Part shown: positions 58,584 through 64,000 of the stretch, in pieces
Numbering within the stretch: the first letter of the stretch is position 1
How the letters are laid out: each line of letters opens with the position of its first letter
Assembly (NCBI GenBank): GCA_965204115.1
Contig: OZ241963.1
Coordinates: 306,489 to 370,488, forward strand
DNA length: 64,000 nt
Source: Minisyncoccota bacterium
GTDB lineage: Bacteria; Patescibacteriota; Minisyncoccia; Phycocordibacterales; JABAAK01
Direction: 5' to 3'
Translations under genes and position numbers: made by a program
Notes under the pieces: generated by a model
Told to the model about the DNA's origin: nothing
What the model saw: the letters and a program-made list of their open reading frames with translations, nothing else
Database searches by the model: none

Positions 58584-61500
58584 CTAAATAACCGGCTCAA
58601 TGACAATAGGGTGCATGATGTCTCCCCCTATGGTATAGGTGGGGAGTTCGGTGAGCTTGAAGGAAATGCCCGCTTGTTTACCGAGGTTGTCCAGCTGTTT
58701 TTTGATGATGGGGTAGGAGGTGGTGTCTCTGGCTTTGGCGTAAATGGGAATAGGATTGCCGGTGTCAAGGTAATGCTGCTTGTAGAGGTCAGCGAATGTT
58801 TTGAGAAGTCGTCCCCCTGCCATTCTGTTAGAAGGGTTAGCAACAAAGTCGGCGATGTAAATACAAGGGGTGTTTTTGTAAGTGTCATCGTCAAGGTACT
58901 GATCGGTAATCTTCCCTTCGTAGGCAAGGAGGTATCCTTGCATTGTTTCAATATTGCTATCGTTAACAGCAGTGTATTTGACAGAGAGATTCGGTCGCTC
59001 TTTGGCTGCGTTGTTGATGTCTTTGGCGATGAGGGAATTTTCCATAGCGAAGAGTGATCCAACGAGTGATTCGTTATCGTGGTAGGCCTTACCTTCTAAG
59101 TAACCGACCTTGATGCTGTCTTGGTAGGTGAGAGGAGAAAGCCCTTTGGCGAAAGATACTGGTTGCTGTCGTTCAGCTGGATGCTCGGTAATATCTTTTT
59201 TAGCAAAAATGTCTTCTTGTTCAGCAAGGTTGAGAACATAGACCCCGTTTCTGTCGTTGTCTGTGTAACTAACGGGGGCTTGGGGAATATAGGTGTTCTG
59301 CTCTTTGGGAAGTCCGGTAAGGGCATCAGCATAGCCCATGCCAATAGGCACTTTCTCGGTGTTGAGTCCCTGCTCCTCGCTATACCGCTTCATATACTCG
59401 GTGAAGAAGTCACGGTATATGGCTTCTATGGTCTCTTCGTCTTTTTTGTAATTCGGTGCGACTTCTACATTGTCGCAGGTCAGGTAGGTGTCTGCGGTGG
59501 TGAGGACATCTTCGGGCAGGATGTCTTCCAAATGGGATCTGCTGTTGAGCTTGTCAATGATGTTCGGCACAGAGGTGTGGACATCCATATTTTTAGTGAC
59601 AACACTCTGAGCGATGGTGCGCGCGCTGCCATCTTCCTTAACTTGTCTGATGGCAAACTGTGTGGTGTTGGGGTTGAAGGTGTAGACGGTGTTCTTGCCG
59701 TCACCGAAGGGCATGCAGTTGGAGGTGTCATTGCCGGTGATAGCGCCGTTCGGATCATCTTTTCGGAATATCTGCGCGATGTACTCCTGTGTTTTTACCG
59801 GCGCTCGTGGTATACCGAAATCTTCATTGTAGAGGAACTCCTCCGCCTTCTTTTCAAGCTCGGCTATTTCTTCCGGGAAATCATTCCCTGCCAGGTAGTC
59901 ATTGACGGTGAAACCTTTTGCATCTAGGTCGCCCTTTTTGCGTTTTTGCTTCTGTTTTCCATTGTACGGTTTTAAGAGGGTGTTTATCTGGCTGAAGAGA
60001 AGTCCGGGGTTTTTCGCTTTACCGGGGATATTGTTTCTTCGTGAACCGAGTGCAGTATGGAGGGACTCTCTGAGAGATGCGGGCGGTGCTTCTCCTGCTA
60101 CTGGCACCGAGTATCTAATCTCTAAGGGGGTGAAAGTGGAGACCTCGTCCAACACCCCTTCCACGAGGGCATCTCTGAGATCTTCGTCAGCGAGGTCAAG
60201 GTTGAGGATGTGCATGTAGTTTGAGGACTTCTTGCGATTGTGGTCTTCCTGTTTGGTGTATGATGCATTTGCTGCAAAAAAGATTTCTGGGTTATTTATA
60301 AACTGCTCTACCCACTGCACATTAATCTTACTGTCTTTGTGGAAGAGTAGGGGTACTGCATAATTGTAGAGATCGTCCTTTCCTTCTTCTTTTATCTCTT
60401 TGAGTTTTGAAAGCGTCTTCGTTTTATCAATCATCTGCTGGAGTGCGCTGTATCGCTTAAGGTTGTTCCATGAGGCAAACACCGCTTCCGGTGAGCTCAA
60501 TGTCTTTGCGAGATCTTGAAGCAGACCAATCTCCGCGTACTCCTTAGCTTTGCTCATCACCTCTGTAACATTATGATTCATTGTTTGTGCTATTTCATTA
60601 AGCAGGTGGTGTGCGGTGCCCTCGTTGTAGGTGGCATTGTCCGCTTGTACTTGTTGGAGGATGTTGTTGTAGAATACATTTTCGCTGAGTCCTGATGACT
60701 CATACAGGGTGAGTATTTTATTTCCGGCATGCACGGCATCATGAAAGGAGAGCCCCTCTCGCTCCTGAAAGGATATCATACGCTGATATCCGAACATTTC
60801 TGCCATTTGCACAAACCGGTCGGTCACAAAAGTGTGTTCGGTATTTCTCACCCCTTCTGTTTCCGTAAACATTTCTTTCCACTCATCCTCGCCCATGTCA
60901 TTAAATAGATGGTCAATGCCAGTGAAGGCGTCACGATACCACCATACAGTCAGCTTTTGTCCTCGCTCAATAAGTTTGGTGGCGATCTTGTCGTTAACCT
61001 CTTTAGAGTTGGAAAGGAATTCTGTAATTACCCGACCCTCCCCCGTCTCAATGAGATTGAGTATGACCCCTGTGCTAAACCCTGTGTCAGAGGTAGAAAA
61101 TATCTCCTCTACAACGTGAAGATTGCGCAACTGTCTTTTAGTATCATATGTATTAACGCCCCTAAATAGCAGATCCACGCATGTTTCTACCAGCACTTGC
61201 TGATAATCAGTGCTCATAGTGGCGTATTTAGGGAAACGAAAGTCCTGTATATACTTTTTCAAATGGTCACGGTTAAAATTTTTCTGATTGTTAAGGTATT
61301 GACACACACCCTCTGCCAGAGATTGAAGTGATTGTGTATCAGCGGCATAATCAACCTCCGGAAGAAAAGATTTCCAAGCATCATCCGGAAAAGCAAAGTT
61401 GTATTTGATATCAAATAGGTGCTCGAGGTGTATTGGGCGCATACTTGCTGCTATCTCTTCTTGCACTCTTTCCTGCAGTTTTTCAAAACCGGAATCACCA

Positions 61501-62780
61501 TATTTCGGAATTCTGTAGCATTCAAAAAAAACATCTACATATTCATCATTTTGTATTTTTTTAAAAATAACATCATCCACTTTCTTTCGTGTGCCTTCAG
61601 GCATGGCGGCATACTCATTGATGGCAGGAATATCATCTTCTGTAATAATGTTTTCAAGACGGACATCAAAGATTTTTGTTATGGCAACAATGCCCACAAA
61701 ATTAGTTCCGTTGAGCATGTCAATTAATTTCTCTCGTATTATTTGCCGGGAGAATGCATCAATTTCGCTATAGTCAGGGAGCGAAAGAATAGAAAAAATA
61801 TAGTGGGCATCTTCCCCTGCCTGCAGCGCGGTCAATATGGTGTTCAAGATATCTTTTTTATCTTCTGGATCAAGAGATTCGTATGCAAACTCTTTAAAAA
61901 CATCCTTAACGCTTAACGCTACGTTCCGCTCATTGGCACTCATTGGCTTCTGTATCCAATCCATCACCGATGCCTGCACTTCTTTGTCATTATTATAGTG
62001 ATCCGGGATATCAAAAAAATCCCTACTAAGCGGATGAATGAATGTTCGCGCAATCATCTCAATAGTTCTCACATTAACAGGGCATAGCGACGCCTTCATT
62101 TCCTCCACTATCATTGCCTGTAATTCTTCATCAGCATTCGGATACTCAGGAATAGAGAAATCACGGATCACTGAGTCAAGCCCGCTGACATTAGTATTGT
62201 CATACACGCCATTGCGCCATTTTGCACACCAGTGCCGAAAATATTGCAATAAAACATTTTTTTGTTCCGGCGAGGCATCAGCATACTTATAGGTGATGTC
62301 TGTGAAAGGGGTATCATGAACATAGCCAAGTTCATATCCCGCAGATTGTGCAGTGTCAAACTCTCCCGCTCGAAACATGTCGCGGAGGCGTTCCTGCACT
62401 TCTGCTCCACTCTTCTCTTCGTCGTGTAAAAAAATCCTTTCATACTCTGCCGATCTGTTAAGCGGCGTACCTCTTCTGACATAAAGACCGTCCTTTATGT
62501 CACCTGAATAATGATCAATGCGTGCGCGACCAATCGCTCTTAAAATTTCCCTTTGTAGTGGAGGAGAAGCAGCTGCAAATATACTTCCTTCTCCCTGTCG
62601 TACTTCTTGAAGGATTGGTGAAATTGTGCTTTCAATAGATTCCAGATCGTCATTCCGCAACGCCTGCATTAACGCACCTTCCCACTGTCGCACTTCCTGA
62701 ATAGCCCGTCGCCGTCGATCCATCTCGTTTCTTTCTTGCTTTGATGCTCTGTGTAAATTTTTAATTTTTTCTGGAGGCAT
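58584..62780 (-). CDS. giant (1398 aa) hypothetical soluble protein with internal ~150-aa repeats and a possible C-terminal GNAT-like domain
   Basis: No signal peptide or TM. A repeated [FY]x[IF]P[EK]Y...Q..V.EE signature occurs three times (DFSIPEYPNADEELQ, CYRIPKYGDSGFEKLQ, DFRFPKYATMSTDYQ). The C-terminal IADFVANPSNRMAGGRLLKTFADLY resembles acetyltransferase motif A. The region is AT-richer. Confidence 0.5.
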   Translation of the reverse strand: MPPEKIKNLHRASKQERNEMDRRRRAIQEVRQWEGALMQALRNDDLESIESTISPILQEVRQGEGSIFAAASPPLQREILRAIGRARIDHYSGDIKDGLYVRRGTPLNRSAEYERIFLHDEEKSGAEVQERLRDMFRAGEFDTAQSAGYELGYVHDTPFTDITYKYADASPEQKNVLLQYFRHWCAKWRNGVYDNTNVSGLDSVIRDFSIPEYPNADEELQAMIVEEMKASLCPVNVRTIEMIARTFIHPLSRDFFDIPDHYNNDKEVQASVMDWIQKPMSANERNVALSVKDVFKEFAYESLDPEDKKDILNTILTALQAGEDAHYIFSILSLPDYSEIDAFSRQIIREKLIDMLNGTNFVGIVAITKIFDVRLENIITEDDIPAINEYAAMPEGTRKKVDDVIFKKIQNDEYVDVFFECYRIPKYGDSGFEKLQERVQEEIAASMRPIHLEHLFDIKYNFAFPDDAWKSFLPEVDYAADTQSLQSLAEGVCQYLNNQKNFNRDHLKKYIQDFRFPKYATMSTDYQQVLVETCVDLLFRGVNTYDTKRQLRNLHVVEEIFSTSDTGFSTGVILNLIETGEGRVITEFLSNSKEVNDKIATKLIERGQKLTVWWYRDAFTGIDHLFNDMGEDEWKEMFTETEGVRNTEHTFVTDRFVQMAEMFGYQRMISFQEREGLSFHDAVHAGNKILTLYESSGLSENVFYNNILQQVQADNATYNEGTAHHLLNEIAQTMNHNVTEVMSKAKEYAEIGLLQDLAKTLSSPEAVFASWNNLKRYSALQQMIDKTKTLSKLKEIKEEGKDDLYNYAVPLLFHKDSKINVQWVEQFINNPEIFFAANASYTKQEDHNRKKSSNYMHILNLDLADEDLRDALVEGVLDEVSTFTPLEIRYSVPVAGEAPPASLRESLHTALGSRRNNIPGKAKNPGLLFSQINTLLKPYNGKQKQKRKKGDLDAKGFTVNDYLAGNDFPEEIAELEKKAEEFLYNEDFGIPRAPVKTQEYIAQIFRKDDPNGAITGNDTSNCMPFGDGKNTVYTFNPNTTQFAIRQVKEDGSARTIAQSVVTKNMDVHTSVPNIIDKLNSRSHLEDILPEDVLTTADTYLTCDNVEVAPNYKKDEETIEAIYRDFFTEYMKRYSEEQGLNTEKVPIGMGYADALTGLPKEQNTYIPQAPVSYTDNDRNGVYVLNLAEQEDIFAKKDITEHPAERQQPVSFAKGLSPLTYQDSIKVGYLEGKAYHDNESLVGSLFAMENSLIAKDINNAAKERPNLSVKYTAVNDSNIETMQGYLLAYEGKITDQYLDDDTYKNTPCIYIADFVANPSNRMAGGRLLKTFADLYKQHYLDTGNPIPIYAKARDTTSYPIIKKQLDNLGKQAGISFKLTELPTYTIGGDIMHPIVIEPVI

Positions 62781-62930
62781 ATCCTATGTGAACATAGTAC
62801 CCCGCTTTCCTGAAGTGTCTCGTATGCTGGTGGATTTATGTGCAGATACCCGCTCGAAAAAATGCTGATAAAAATTATACCGCCAACCCTTTGTTTTGGC
62901 GGTATAAAGCGTGTGGTGTAGATTGAAAAA

Positions 62931-63323
62931 TCAAGATACTGGTGCGCCGGCTTCGCGAAGTTTTTTGATTCCCCTCTTCCTTTCGTCCTCAGCGTCTTTA
63001 AGAGACCTGAAAGTGATCTCCTCCTTGAGTTTTATCATACCGAACACTCTGATCTTCCACATATCTCCGCGGTATCCCGCATACAGGAAATAGTGTGGCG
63101 TGATGACATCAAGATACACCCAAATGACCGGTGTATTGAATCTTTCTACAAATTCTTGCGCCTCTTCAAGTGACTCACACTCTTCTTCTATTTTGAAGCC
63201 GTTGAGGCACTCCAGATCGCTTTCTAAAAATACCTTTCCGCCATCTTTGTGGCGAAAAACCTTTATACCGTCCATACCTTCCTCCTTATTTTGGCTGTTT
63301 GGACTCTGGGCTATAGTATACAC
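62931..63323 (-). CDS. hypothetical small protein
   Basis: 130-aa ORF with no recognizable motif. Confidence 0.3.
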   Translation of the reverse strand: MYTIAQSPNSQNKEEGMDGIKVFRHKDGGKVFLESDLECLNGFKIEEECESLEEAQEFVERFNTPVIWVYLDVITPHYFLYAGYRGDMWKIRVFGMIKLKEEITFRSLKDAEDERKRGIKKLREAGAPVS

Positions 63324-63386
63324 TTTTGGGAAGTGGGTTTCTCAAAAGCACCCCGTCGGCAGTTTTTACGGTATTATGGCTAGTGT

Positions 63387-64000
63387 ATGAAACATCTTGT
63401 GATTGTGGAGTCACCGACAAAGGTGAAGACCATCAAGAAGTACCTCGGGAAGGATTATTCCGTTGTCGCGTCGGTCGGGCATATTCGTGATTTACCGAAA
63501 AGCGAGAAGGATGCGGTGGATATTGAGGATGGCTTTACACCGAAGTATGTTGTGAGCGCTGATAAAAAGAAGGTGGTGAACGATATCGTGAAGAAGGCAC
63601 AAGCCGCTGACCACATCATCCTTGCTACCGACCCCGACCGCGAAGGGGAGGCGATTGCGTGGCATATCCAGCAGGCGGCAAAGCTGAAGAGTCCTGATCG
63701 TATTGTTTTTAACGAGATCACCCAAGAGGCGGTACAGGAGGCGCTGGAGCATCCGCGCAAGATAGACCAGTCGTTGCGGAAGTCGCAGGAAGCCCGTCGG
63801 GTTTTGGATCGTCTGTTCGGCTACACCCTCAGTAAGCTCATCTGGACGAAGGTGCGCTATGGTCTCTCAGCCGGGCGCGTGCAATCGCCGGCTTTGCGCA
63901 TCTTGATGGAGCGGGAGCGGGAGATCAGAAAATTTAAGCCGGTCACCTATTGGGAGTTACAGAGTGTCTTTAAGCGCGATGACGGCACTGAACACATCGC
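63387..64000 (+). CDS. topA: DNA topoisomerase I (N-terminal part; continues beyond window)
   Basis: MKHLVIVESPTKVKTIKKYLGKDYSVVASVGHIRDLP is a TOPRIM N-terminus, and ILATDPDREGEAIAWH follows. It is open at the window end, so it is absent from the ORF track. Confidence 0.9.
   Translation, partial: MKHLVIVESPTKVKTIKKYLGKDYSVVASVGHIRDLPKSEKDAVDIEDGFTPKYVVSADKKKVVNDIVKKAQAADHIILATDPDREGEAIAWHIQQAAKLKSPDRIVFNEITQEAVQEALEHPRKIDQSLRKSQEARRVLDRLFGYTLSKLIWTKVRYGLSAGRVQSPALRILMEREREIRKFKPVTYWELQSVFKRDDGTEHI

Noticed and set aside
1-64000. CRISPR arrays, IS/transposases, rRNA genes, prophage structural genes
   Set aside because: I scanned for regularly spaced short repeats, DDE or HTH transposase-like ORFs, rRNA-like conserved blocks and capsid/terminase-like proteins and found none. 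The only recombinase is the Xer-type at 49130-49999.

Overview
This 64-kb window looks like chromosomal DNA from a small-genome, host-dependent bacterium, most plausibly Patescibacteria/CPR. The basis is gene content and is inference: a ribosomal operon without L30, a short archaeal-type AspRS, short PheS/PheT, many membrane-anchored hypothetical proteins, and type IV pilus/competence genes. Nearly all genes are on the minus strand and tightly packed. Housekeeping genes: aspS (partial), tRNA-Ser(GGA), ruvX, trpS, a class A PBP, ruvC, yebC, ruvB, pheST, gyrB, secY, rplO, rpsE, rplR, rplF, rpsH, rpsN, rplS, dus, pnp, rpsO, xth, lepA, murJ, RNase P RNA, msrB, an ABC-F ATPase, xerC/D-like recombinase and topA (partial). 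Accessory content: a type IV pilus/competence set (pilB, pilM, comFC, comM, a 692-aa pilin-like protein); a thiol-disulfide module (ccdA plus two DsbA-like genes) next to large secreted proteins; two paralogous giant surface proteins sharing an unusual two-helix membrane hairpin, one with a cysteine-rich module and a possible C-terminal M15/LAS peptidase domain; and a 1398-aa repeat-containing cytoplasmic protein. Notable non-coding features: a homopolymeric G11 tract inside a TTGACA/TAAAAT promoter spacer (candidate phase-variation switch); duplicated 3' ends of ruvB and of tRNA-Ser flanking short hairpin-rich inserts (integration scars); and a recurring -10 element (TATACT, often TGGTATACT) 5-11 nt upstream of start codons in most examined genes, which implies largely leaderless mRNAs. 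I found no CRISPR array, transposase or rRNA.
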